DNA of 59,364 nt, counting the filler, from Sphacelaria rigidula (taxonomy: Eukaryota): NCBI GenBank assembly GCA_964200075.2. It is 10 parts of 10 records of this genome, joined end to end, with 100 filler letters (N's around TTAATTAATTAA, not from the genome) between each part and the next. Parts side by side here need not be neighbours in the genome. Positions count along the whole stretch, not along the records: positions 1 to 5,847 come from CAXNAA020023998.1; positions 5,948 to 11,794 come from CAXNAA020023999.1; 8 more parts are not named here. One strand, 5' to 3'. Positions within the stretch are counted from its first letter, which is position 1, and each line of letters opens with the position of its first letter. The position numbers and the translations under genes are program-made. Positions 1 to 11,780 of the stretch are shown here, one piece after another. The notes beneath the pieces were generated by a model. The model saw only the letters and a list, made by a program, of their open reading frames with translations. It ran no database searches and had not been told where the DNA came from.

Positions 1-3000
1 GTGGCGACGCCGATCATCAACTGACACAATGGCAGGGAAGCCCCGCCTCACAGCGGCGAAGCATGCAGAATGCTTCCTAGAAACGTGTGCGCCGGTGGAC
101 CTCAAAACGCCGGTTTAGACAAAACGCGTTGTGTGACCACCTTTACAAGACACCGTAGGAGTGGAGACGCGGAATTCGTTGTCAGCAGTTAAACCAAGTG
201 AGTCAACTTCGACCTGCGAGGTGGTTGAACTCTACTGTTCCTTCTTGGTCCCGCCAGGCACGGCCCAACCCTTCTGTAGTCGCGCGTGTACAGGAGTCCG
301 TCTGTATCACCAGATGCATTTTTTTTCCAGGTGAATATGATGCCGACAAAACAATGACCTACTCTCGCCATCCAAGGGTTACGACGATTGTAATGATGCT
401 CAAGTTATACGGCTCTAACGGTGACTGGACAATGAAAGGTACGGCGCACTGAGTGATGTATATCAAGGCTCAGAAGACTCGTCCAAACGGGGTTCTAGAC
501 TTGGGGGGATTCCCCGCAAGTCCTGCAAAAGTAAACCTGACCGTAGATGGGTATTTTATTCGTTCCTTGTCCAGCTGCTCACGTGTATCGTACAGGGTGG
601 GAATGTCGACGACCTGAAAATGATGTGTGGAGCACAATGTAGTCCGTGGTCGTCGCTGTGGCTGGCGGACGCCGATGGTGCCACCATTTTGGTGTCAACC
701 CTGTGACCACCAGCCCCCCACCCTCCCCCCGCTCCACAAACCCTGTCCACGGCGCTTTCTTTGGCATCCTAACCACCTGAGTGGTCATATCTGAATCAGT
801 ATAATGAATTTCACTTGAAAAATCAATGAGGAAATCAGATGACCACAGTGACGGCTACTGCGTCAATCCCGGCAAAGCTCTTGGTGTCCCAGTTTGGCGC
901 CAAAAGAAGAAACAATAATTTTCTCGGAACAGAAATTGGCCTCTCTTTCCTGTAGTGCGCACTCCTGCAGCGCGCAGCACCAGATATAGCGATGTGGAAC
1001 TGTTGACTGTGGTTCGCACAACATATGTGCAAACTTTCATCGCCTCGCGGCGGCTACATCGCGCGGAAGGCCGTACATCGCGAACTGCGCCGCTCTACAG
1101 ACTGTATGCCGATCGGTATGGTCATGATCCGTAGAGGGTCGCAGTACAGTTTTTTGCCACATCGGCCGCCCAGCCGCGTTCATTGTCCAACTTTGTGCAT
1201 CTGTGCGTACACATATGCGTTCACTTTTTTTTGTTGTCCCCAACGGACAGGAAGGAACCTCAAACCATGCACTTCGCTATTTCTAGTTTCGTGCAGCGCT
1301 TCGAGTCGCTCCACCCGCCAGACATGTCCACCTCGGGTAGACATGTCCGACGAATGCATGGATAGGCACCAAGGTGGGAGTGACCCCTCACCCAGGTAGT
1401 GTCGGACTTGGGAAGTAAAACGAAGATGTCCCTCACCGACCAAACCTCCTACAATGTCCCCTAGCTCGACTCTGTACACGAGTCACCCTACCCATCCGGG
1501 CGTCGGTCCTCAATATGCATTCACCTATAGTGCGCAAGGTCTGGGCAGCTGCATGGCCAATTTGAGAGCGCACGGACTGCATCCTCCACAATCGGTTGGG
1601 ACCATGTTGTACGATGTTATGCCCAACTAGTGTGCAAAGTGTCATGATGGAACACGCAGTCGCAGGCGAGAAATCCACGATCCAAGTTGAATTGAAAAAT
1701 GGTGGTTCACCGTAGGAAAGTACTCGAATGAACATGAGATGCGGTTACGCCCTGACTACGCCGCAGATCGTATGCGGTTGTGTAGTTTTACGGTACGGGT
1801 ATACTGTCTGTAGACCGTACATTGAATCAGCGTATGATACTACATTTATATAATGGTCATAACGGAGTTTTCAAATTTCAAACCCATCAGCTGCCCCGCC
1901 AGACATGCATGCAAACGATTGTGCCGTTCTCCACGCCGGAAGCAAATGATGTGCTTTTTCTTCAAGCGGATCGTACACTCCGTATACTACGCCCTGGGTG
2001 CGGTGGTGCGCTGGAACACCAAGCGTGGTCGCCGCCTATCGTCGTACAACGGGGCCCGCAAGGCACCCGCACCGAGCAATACAAAGCACACCACCGAACG
2101 CGGGATATCGTCACGTTCTCGGCCTGCAACTTGTGCCGACGATCCAGCCTTGAACATAGCTCTTCAGATATGCCGTATGTTGGGCTGTAGATCGTCCCTC
2201 TGGGGCACCTTGCTCCTGTGAACTACACCTACTTTGTGGATGATCCAAGCTGGTAATTTACACAATGATCCTTGTATACGACAATCGGCGTACGTTTGCT
2301 TTCATTTTATTTTATGGCGCAACACTGGTCCAGAGTCGGCTTCATGTTTATACAAAAATGACCGCCAGCCGGTTTCACCGCCAGCCAATGGGTTGCTCGA
2401 TCATGTGCGCCCCGAGGGGTAATGCACACACATAACAGCCAAGTACAACCGAGCTCCTGAAGCTGGAAGAGGCACGGAGAAAGAGTTGTGAAAGAAACAA
2501 CCTCAACGGGACTTTCTCGAGTACCCGATAGTGGTACGATCATGTTTTTTATTTCTGGCTGCATTCCGGAAAACTTGGGGGTTCCAGGACTTTCGTCATT
2601 ACGGGCTCTAGTGGTATCATGTGCAAGTGAGCCGTATTTAAACTTTCGATGCCAAAGCTTTTTCCAGCCCTGAGTACGAACATGACACGAGCACACTTTA
2701 TTTCATCAATTGGACTCGCAAATTTTGAGCAGATTGAGTGCGACCTGTCATGATCCTGCTACACCATGCCTCGAAGTGCATCGAGTGCGTGTTTGGAACC
2801 ACAATAAATACGGGGTTTCCCTCATGCGCTCCATCATAGATACCAGACACATGGCCACGTGTTCCTCGATCGCTTTCCTCGACCAAATCTAAAACGATGG
2901 CCTTTTGGGGATTGCTGATTCTTGCCCCACGTAGCCGAGGGCAGCGAATAAAGGCTGCAGCCAGTTGGTTTGGACATGGGTGCCGTTGGCTCGGTTAGAA

Positions 3001-4126
3001 AAAAGGAGAGAAAAAATCCTTGTTTTGTTGTACACGTAGTACCTTTGTTGGAAATGAACTGTGTGAGTGCATCATTTGAAGAACGACGCTTGACTCTCCG
3101 GGAGGATCGGAAAAGTCCGCAATTGTCCGTGTTTTTCCGCAGGGCACACATGACTGTGTGTACTGTGCACAGTACTCATCGAATCAGCAGGATGACAAGG
3201 GGCTGATAATACTACATAACACGCCGAACTACCGCAACGATAGAAGAGACGACTCACGCAACGTTCCAAGACGGTACGCATCGGAGATGTCTTGCAAGTT
3301 GCATTCTTTTGTTGTGGAAAGATTCTGAGATATGGCATGAAGTGTAACATACGTAACTGTAGGACCTGAGAGAGAAAAAGGGCGGGATATTGAGAAAGCT
3401 TCAGCAGGGACGTCTGCTGTTGGGGGGTATTGGTACGTATGTGCAAAAATCCGACCTGTCACCCGTCATGACCGGTGGGCATGGATATACAACATACACC
3501 GGACACACACATCTGATTTGGGCGGAGGTTTGTTCGCATGCCACCACGGCACCGCAGACTGTGACGGTCTCGTCGAACCAAATAGGGACAACACACGTCG
3601 AACGAAACTATACATGCGTACGTCGCTGTCCGACCAGAGAGGGCGAGCGCAGCGGGCCGCGCACGTACGTGTTGGTTGTGCGGACCTTTTTATAGACATG
3701 CATCTTCATCTATTGTCCATGGCTATCCACATGCCTCTTATACTGTTGTACTTCACGTGAAGGGGGTAAACAGGGACACATTGAAAACAGGACATTTCCC
3801 CATTGGCACGTATCTCCTTCCCATTTTCTACCGCGGTGCTGCGACTACACCATGAAGACACGAGACTTCGCCAGTACCTACGGTTCTACACGAGAGAGTA
3901 GGGTTCGTGCACGTTTTGCGGTATTTCAAAGGTTCCCAAAAAAGAGGCGGTGCGTACAGTGGGCGGTGCTGTCGGTAGGGTTACATACATCATGCGAAAA
4001 AACCACTGGGGAAGTTGACGAAACACAGCAGCAAGCGGCATCATGTGGGTATTTGCTATCGAGGGCCTCCGCTCCGTGGACATGGCCCTTTTCCCCGCAA
4101 CTTTACAGTACGTACAGTACAGATAC

Positions 4127-4198
4127 CTTCATGTCCTTGTTACCCTCAGGCAGCAAGTACACGCGCTTCAGGTCGCCCGACGTCGCGGATGCAGGCGC
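4127..4198 (-). CDS. PPDK: Probable pyruvate,phosphate dikinase, exon 2
   Basis: TAG acceptor, GTATCT donor, 72 nt, phase 0. APASATSGDLKRVYLLPEGNKDMK matches the PPDK N-terminal KRV...EGNKDMK that normally precedes LLGGKGANLAEM. I did not find that next exon in this scaffold. Confidence 0.62.
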
Positions 4199-4681
4199 CT
4201 ATATTCGACAGGAACAAGAGAGAGAGAGCAGCACGCCAAATTCATGACCAAACAAGAAAAACGAGGTACATCTTTGATTAGATGTGGGATTGAGGTGGCT
4301 TGTGGAGCGTTCACCTTGGGCAATCAAGACAACTGCCAAGTAACGTGGTCCTATGTGACCACGTCCGACACACACGAGAACGTGGGCGCAAAACAAGTGC
4401 GGGACGTCCACTACTCAGTCAAGTCATGCAACGGTGCTGCAGCGGGTGTTACAAGGAGGGGATAGGCAGTTGAAGTCATGTCAGGTGTTCTTGATTTCGC
4501 TCCTGTGTGACACCTCCAAGTCGAGACAAATTGCTTGCGTTTCGCGGTGTGTTTTTTTCTGTCCGCTTTAACACGACACACATGAACTACTCCAGCAACA
4601 TGTCACGGATAAGACTCAGACCATGCTCAAGCAAAACTGGCAGGCCAAACACAAGAAGCACAGCACCATTAATAATCTCAC

Positions 4682-4894
4682 CGACGTATCGACTTGCGTT
4701 GCCTGCGCCTTCATTTTCAACCCCCTGTTACCATTCCTCTTTTTCGACTGTAATCGCGATGATGCTCCTGAAACAACCGCGTTCTGTTTGCCAGAGATCT
4801 TTCCAGTGCTTGCCGGGACGAAGGCTTCTACAGTCGACGGCGGGCACCGCGCGGTGCTCGCGATGGTGACCGCTGCTACCAGCGGGAGCTTCAT
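4682..4894 (-). CDS. PPDK: Probable pyruvate,phosphate dikinase, exon 1 (bipartite plastid-targeting presequence)
   Basis: ATG at 4894 and 71 codons, MKLPLVAAVTIASTARCPPSTVEAFVP...QVDTS, ending at a GTGAGA donor in phase 0. The hydrophobic leader plus EA-FVP resembles the stramenopile ASAFAP motif, followed by an S/K/R-rich transit peptide. Confidence 0.6.
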
Positions 4895-5665
4895 AGTGTC
4901 TTAGATCAAGTCTCTGGCGTGCCGCCGCTCTATGTCCTCTGTCTGTATAACGCAATAAGTACGTTGGTCCTGCTATGCGTGAATGCGGCTTACTGATGTG
5001 TTGCAGGTGGGTTTCAGCGATGGTTTTCAAATGTGAGCAGGCGGTAAGCGCGGGGCATATAAACACACACTTTGTGTCGTCCGTAGGGACCGTATAGTAC
5101 GTAATTGTGAATCCACGTTTTGTCCCCCAAAAGGTGTACCTTTTCTCCATAATTTTTGAACTTCGATGGAAGCTCCTTGTATTTATTAGTGGTAATACAG
5201 GTACCGACACCGACTCTATTGCCAGTAAGAAGGAATACGACTACATCCGCAGTCCGGTCAAGCTTGGACAACAGTAGAGATCTACAACACCGCAGTAAGG
5301 TACATGCAGTACAGTACAGACGATGTCTGACGCCCTTCCGCCTTTTCTTCTCGGAAGTGATTGCGGCTAGCCATGCCGGCACCGACGACAGATGTGCTGA
5401 TTGATTGCTTCATGAGTGCTTGTTTGAAAGTGGGATGGCTTAGCGGCGTTGCTTGTCGCCCTCGATGACTACGGTATACTCTGCATTTTGGATCGCCGGG
5501 GTCACGGTTGGGTGTGGATTTATTGGGTGTCAAATTTTTGGGTTTCACCACAGCGCCGTCATATCATTTATTGGTTATGCACTGACCAACATCACAATCT
5601 GTGAGTGCGGAGTCCCAGGATAGTGTGTAACTCCAGGCAGGCGACCGACCGCACTCGACTGGAAC

Positions 5666-5715
5666 CAAAGGGTACGACATACAGACTGTTGTATGTCTGT
5701 ATGTCATACCCTTTG
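5666..5715. mobile_element. 50-bp palindromic miniature TIR element with 8-bp TSD (hAT/P-like termini)
   Basis: Arms CAAAGGGTA(C/T)GACATACAGAC match 20/21 around an 8-nt loop. Perfect direct repeat ACTGGAAC at 5658-5665 and 5716-5723. Confidence 0.8.
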
Positions 5716-5847
5716 ACTGGAACCTCCATTGTTTGCAAACAAGCCCACAGGTTGGTCCAGCCTGGAAACGGAATTTACCCTTGAACCGCGAGGTTAGTCT
5801 TCTGTTGAATCGGCATCAATTTCAAGTGAAAAAAAGTATGCATGATC

Positions 5848-5947
5848 NNNNNNNNNNNNNNNNNNNNNNNNNNNNNNNNNNNNNNNNNNNNTTAATTAAT
5901 TAANNNNNNNNNNNNNNNNNNNNNNNNNNNNNNNNNNNNNNNNNNNN
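5848..5947. other. Artificial scaffold linker (44N-TTAATTAATTAA-44N)
   Basis: Identical 100-nt spacer with stops in all six frames. It recurs at 11795, 17742, 23689, 29636, 35582, 41528, 47474 and 53420. Confidence 0.99.
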
Positions 5948-6030
5948 GGCTGATGCACCAACATACACCGCCAGGCGCAGACTGGTGCCCAGAATAAATG
6001 GGACGACAACACACACACACAACACACACA
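5948..6030 (+). mobile_element. 3' tail of tRNA-derived SINE family
   Basis: GGCTGATG...CCAGAATAAATGGGACGACAACACACAC matches the tails at 20348-20419 and 24674-24750. Confidence 0.7.
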
Positions 6031-6036
6031 TGACAC

Positions 6037-6383
6037 ACGCGGCTATTTGGCTACCCCCAAAATTCCTCCAGGCCGGTCAACTTTTCGAGCCTCCAGAGGA
6101 ATTAAACGCCTCCGGAGGGGTGCGTGGCCCTCCAGGGGAGATTTTTTTGTTTCCTCCAGAGGGGTTAAACGCTCCCCGAGGCTTGTTTTTGGCTCTGGAG
6201 GGGCGCACATCTCTCCGAAGGCATTTTTCTACCCCCAAACTCCTCCGGAGGGGTGCGCGGCCCTCCAGGTCGGTAGTGTTTGGCTTCCTCCACTGGGATT
6301 GAAGGCCTCTGGAGGCTTGTTTTGCCTCTTGAGGGCCGCGCATCCCTCCGGAGGCATTTTGGGTGGTAGCCAAATAGCCGCGT
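6037..6383. mobile_element. MITE (~347 bp) with ~30-bp TIRs and internal CCTCC(A/G)GAGG repeats
   Basis: Left end ACGCGGCTATTTGGCTACCCCCAAAATTCCTCC versus reverse complement of the right end ACGCGGCTATTTGGCTACCACCCAAAATGCCTCC. No clear TSD. Confidence 0.8.
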
Positions 6384-8175
6384 CCGTAATAATACTATGT
6401 CTGGCCAAGAAAACCGCATCTATTTATTTTTTTGGTCAAGTCTTATCCCCAGCCCCGCATTTTCTTGATGTTTCTTATTATGCTAGTTATTTTTCATGCA
6501 TATACCTACGTACGAGCTTTCGTTGCACGATAATATTGGTCAACTTCCTGGCGCGCTCCATTATTTCTTCTTATGTCCCATCTTTTGAGCTCTATTTCTT
6601 ACGGCAAAATTTCTAAGTTTTTCGAGAGTCTTAGGCTCAAAGTCTTGAAAACACATATCTTACGAACGGGCCGGCATTCACTGCGCAGCAAAGCTTTCGT
6701 TCTTTCACAAAACAGACAGAAATCTTTCGCGTCACGCGTAGTACAAGGAGGACTGGAGTAAATGCACCTGGGTTATTGGTTATAATCAGGCCGTTGAAAA
6801 ATGTTTGGAGAGTTCGAATACGCTGCCATACATTGAACAACGTGTGTCAGTTAGTGGGCAATCTCGCACACCGTATTGTGATGCAACACGATTAATTTAG
6901 GGTTGTTCTTCACCCTTTGGCCGCCAGCGTATGTCATCTATCTGCTGAATCGGCATGACTTTCACGTGAATTAATATAGTTTATGGATCAGATGACCTAC
7001 TCGTACTCCGACCGTCAAAGGGTTCACAACGTGAGTTCTTGTAGCAATGTACATGCAGTGCAGCCATGCTGTGTATAGTTTCGGGGCTACAACTTTGTGC
7101 ATGCCTCAAATTGCGCATGAAACAAGCAGCGCAGTGCTGAATTTTGGGGGTGCTGACGCCCCAAAGCTGGAAATGAATGGGCACCAAAATCGCCACGGGA
7201 CAAAAAAAACTTTCACATGAAAAAAAAAAACGGCATGGAAAACTATGCACGGAAAACATCGTGGATATACGAAAAATATGACCCTGTTTTTCACCGTGAA
7301 GAACGGCTGGCCCTTCGTGCGATCCTTCTTTGTCCACCGCACACTGACTCTTCCCACTACACCAAGTTGCACTGACGACCTCGTAACGGGAAATGAATTG
7401 CAGTAGAGGTGAAACTGACCCGCCCATTTGTCACCACTACCGTTATGATAGAAATAATATATTACCCCAGGAGTGACTTGGACCAAGATACAGGCGTTAG
7501 TAGTCAACATTTAACTGCATCCTACAGGAAAATAGTATAATATATATGTGGACGCTGCTTGCGGCAATATTTCAATATTCCTGTTTCTTCTGTGGTGGTC
7601 GTGGATGCGCCCCAATGATAACTGAATGAACGGACTCGGGTGTTGCTTTTTGTTTTTCCGGAAGAACTGTACTCGTATGTTTCTCGTGACCAAGCGACAC
7701 GTGTGATGAGGGTTCGAGACTCATGCACTGAGCTCCACCAAAAAGAATATTATACGTAGTAGTCGTTTTTTTCCCCTGATAATCATCATTATTATCATAG
7801 CGGCAGGAGGGCGCCCAACTTTTGTCGCGGCGGGAACCCATATCCCTTTATTGACATGGATTATTTCTTGTTCTCGATCACCCTGAGACCTGTACTCTAC
7901 TATAACAATTGAACCAACAATAATATCAAAGGCAGGTGTTGGAGGTCCGTGCTCCCCGAGGCTCTGCATGTTGGGGCGGGTCAAATATGTTCGGCTTTTT
8001 GGCCTCTTCGGTCGCACTACACTGACTGGCATCAGCACACGGGTTGAACAGTCCGATCGCTACCTTGGGCCACACTATTTACTACCGCACGCTTGAACAC
8101 GCCAGAGACGCAGTGTACATGCTACAGCAGCATGTTCGCCTGAGATTGCGGCAGAATGAATAAGGCATACCAGTA

Positions 8176-8367
8176 GCGGCCCGCTCACATGAACCGAGGT
8201 TGTGCGAAAATCAGGCTGAGATTCCCAATAAAATAGGAACCTGTTCAGTCTCAGCCACGATCGCTACTATATATACGCAGTCCAATACGAGGCCATGATC
8301 AAACGTTGCTGTAAATTAGAAACCCAGGCCAAGCCTGATTATTGTCAGTCTCTCATGAGCGGGCCGC
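8176..8367. mobile_element. MITE (~192 bp) flanked by TA
   Basis: TA|GCGGCCCGCTCA ... TGAGCGGGCCGC|TA is a perfect 12-bp TIR with TA on both sides. Confidence 0.65.
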
Positions 8368-8899
8368 TATAATACTACTGCACTCAAGCTGCACTGTGTG
8401 TAGTTCGATATGATTGACTCGACTCGGCGAGAATATTAATGTTTATGTCTCCACGGCATTATCGGACCAAGCAGATGCCCAAGCTCTCAGAAACAATGGT
8501 GGTGTGCGCCCCCCCCAGAGTACTTTGCTATGTACAGTTGTCTGAAATTCAATAAATATATCAGCTTCGCTAAAAGGCTTCGAAGCTGCTAATTCACATG
8601 AGGCTCAGCGCCGTCGGTGGTACTCTACTACTAGATACCAGATAATTTTATCGCTTGCGAAGTCGAATCAACCTCGCTCCCCCCCCGTGATAAATGAGTA
8701 CGCCCCCCCCCGCTCTCCCTACAGGATAAAGGTTAGGTACGAGAGTAGTGAAACGAACCGGGGTTCAAATCACAGGCTTATGGGGGAGGGGTTGGCCAAG
8801 TCACGGTAGTAGAGCCCACCTTCCCTCCGGTAGCGCGGGGGGGAGGGGTTGAGGACTAAATTAATGGAGCTTTTGCAACAACACACACATTCACGATCA

Positions 8900-10700
8900 A
8901 CCCTGCCATACCGGCCGAGCACTTGGTTGAAACTTTACAAACGGCTGGGAGCCTCTGACGGTCAATGAAGGTGCACATGCTTTTTCTTGCTGTTCCCCAC
9001 GTTGTAAGTAGTTGTGAAAGGATGTAAATGTTCGTCAAAAGTGGCTGACAAACGTATGTCTTGGGGTTGGTTGGTTGCTGTACAGCCTGGGCTCGTGGTG
9101 GATAATGACCCAGCCATGTTCCCCCCACCTATCCCCCACCCCCATGCACCCTCAGGAATGTGAGTACGAGCCCATGAGGTCAGGAGATTGAATACGCTGA
9201 CTGTTGTATATACATTGATGCTACTTCGCTGGTCACTGCATGCACGAGTCATAGAGGCGTCTCAAACTCTAGCGAGGTTCCTGATATATTCAGGTGTTGT
9301 AAATCACTGAACTGTAAAATATCCCGGGAGTCACCAGTGTAAGACACCTCTTATAAACTACGGTAAGTATGGTCTGTGCACTGAATTGTTTCAGATTCTT
9401 CTTCGTATACCACGCATGTGCATAGGATCAAGTTGCACTTTCAGAGCAGGCAGGTTAACACCAATAATAATCAATAATGGTAGTGTCATTGCAGTACTAT
9501 AATAAATCTCATGTACTAATTTCGTGTTTGGGAAAACTTTTAGTTATACTGTCTGTACATGCAGGATCGTCGAAACTAAAGTCCTGTGATATTTCAAAGC
9601 GTCGCATTTGTGCCAAGGATGGGTCTTCAGAAAAAATACTTGTCAAGTCTCTACAACAATTATACCGTAATCAAATTTATTTGTGGTCAGTGCGGACAAA
9701 AAATATCGTCGTTGCTGCTCAGCACCTGTGACAGGGGGACACATCAAGATTCGGATTGTTCATGGTTGTTCATTTCTGTATCTTCATACTCTACATGATC
9801 ATAATACTGACGTGTTTTGAATGGTTCCAAGCTGGTACAGACGTTCTTCTATGCCATCTGTGCGCAGACGCTGTCACAGAACGGAGTCTGAACGGCTTGT
9901 AAGTTTGCACTTCCAGTCTGGAGGTTCAACTGACGAAGAGGGCGGTGTTGTGCGCTTCGACCCCGTTGTCTGTTGTCATGCGGCAGTTTCGCTGATTGTC
10001 AAACTTGCGCATGCATGATGTTATAGAGTGAGCCAGTCGAGCTCGGTTGTTGTTGCGTGACGGTTCAACGCGAATGCTGCATTTCTTCGCTTGGCCCCTG
10101 CATGCACCCCGGCACAACATATGATGTCACATACACGCCTAAACGGTCCGGAAAGAATCAGCCGCAACATGATTATATTTCACAACAGATGGTCAGAACG
10201 GTAGCCAGAGAGTCAGTTTTCAATCAACTATCCGCATCTTTATTTTGTCTCTCCGTTGCTACCAACATTGCCAACACGTCGATTCACCGAAACCACGCTT
10301 ATGCATGATTATTGCTATTGTTGGTCGCGCGAGTATTGTCGTCAGCAGCAAGACAAAATGTTTTGTGGTTGTGGTCACCGCTCATTCTAGACCGCCCCGT
10401 AGAGTTTTCGTTGCAGTGACCCACACAGCACGACCACACTACTTCTTCCACTTTTGTTTTGTTTCATGAGCGAGTTGGCGATCGAACCGCTAATTCTGTC
10501 CGCCGAGTCAAGGGCAAATTCAACGAGATTGCGCCTTGAATGTACCACAGGGAAGGTTTTGACAAGTTTATGGAGCGATTCACCTCTACTGACTACTATC
10601 TGTTGTAGTGTAGGGCAGTGTCGTATGCAGTTGTACACTTGTCAGTATCCCCAACAGTGTTTTAGAAGACAACGTCCCGGTCAAGTCCCGGTTGGTGTGC
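8900..10700 (-). pseudogene. Probable decayed Zisupton/Dileera (KDZ)-type transposase
   Basis: Ordered minus-strand motifs: YNCIRHC...LVKTFPVVHSRRN (~10635-10530), NCCRDLTSIFSEDPSL (~9661-9614), KVQLDPMH..GIRRRI (9441-9394) and WARTHIPE (~9170). These resemble the Y-x-C..C/FP, DNCC..FPSL, LDxxH and W..R.IP blocks of these transposases. Many stops and frameshifts. Confidence 0.45.
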
Positions 10701-11277
10701 TCATTTTGGAAACACATGTCACCTGCTGGGTAGAATTGCGCAGGGGGAAGGAGGGAAAACTTTCATATTTTCGTCTATGATCAGCCTTGGCGACAACCCC
10801 GACCTTCGTTACAGAGGTGGGTGATACAGAAGAGTATAGTACAAGTGAGTGCTGAATGAAGTACTGCCCTTTACACGTATGCATTCGAATAGAAGAGCGG
10901 GTCGTGTGTGTATCGTCGGTTTCTTCAGAGTTTGTCTTGAAGCGGTGTTATTCACCGTCAACCGAGATTCAATGTTACCGCTGATGAATGAGGCTGTTCC
11001 AGTCTAGTCTTACGCCAAGAGAGAAAACCAACATTTTTTTGAAGCAAAATTTGACCTATTTTCACCCCGATGCGCACTGCTGTAATGCGCAGCCCATGAT
11101 TCAGTGACATGGGGTTGTTGACCGTGGTGCACACGACGTGTGGCCGAAGTTTCAGCGCCTTGCAGCGCCTACAACAGCGCGAGTACGGCCGTGTCCCCCG
11201 AACTGAACACTCCCACAAACGATACGACGATGAGTTTTCACAGATTGTCATCATCCAGAGGGTTTCCCATTTCAGAT

Positions 11278-11317
11278 CAAAGGGTGTGACATTCTAGCAC
11301 AGATGTCATACCCTTTG
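11278..11317. mobile_element. 40-bp palindromic element of the same CAAAGGGTATGACA family
   Basis: Arms match 14/15 around a 10-nt loop. Flanks TTTCAGAT and GTACGGAT match only 5/8. An adjacent mini-palindrome AAGGGTATGATACCCTT (11333-11349) lies between two CGGATCGA copies. Confidence 0.65.
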
Positions 11318-11748
11318 GTACGGATCGAAGCTAAGGGTATGATACCCTTCGGATCGATGTTCGTTTGCCGTCGCAGCGGCGGCCCAGCTGCTCATGATCT
11401 GGAAGTTAGTGCACCAGCGTGTGCACATATGAATTCACTCACGGTGTACGAATTCTTGGCTGCGGGAAAGCTGTTTTGAAGGTGGTTTTGCCCAAAACCG
11501 CTAATCGCTGTTTCGTTTGTGCGCGGCTCGAACATGCCGTGCGTATGCTACTCGTGTTGTGTTCGCTATTGCGCCGAGCTTCACGGCGGATAATCCAGCG
11601 GTGGTGGAATAATCTACAAGTAAAGTTTCTGTTCAAAAATGCAATGACTCTCGTATGCTGGCCAAATGTGGGCATTTACATGTATATTTATTTTTTGAAC
11701 CAAGGGGCCTCACAGACTGGAAAACGGTTTATACCCCCCTCCCCCGCA

Positions 11749-11780
<32 letters not shown>

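Noticed and set aside
5848..5947. Regularly spaced TTAATTAATTAA motif as a biological repeat
   Set aside because: It is embedded in fixed N runs and has stops in all frames, so it is an assembly linker.
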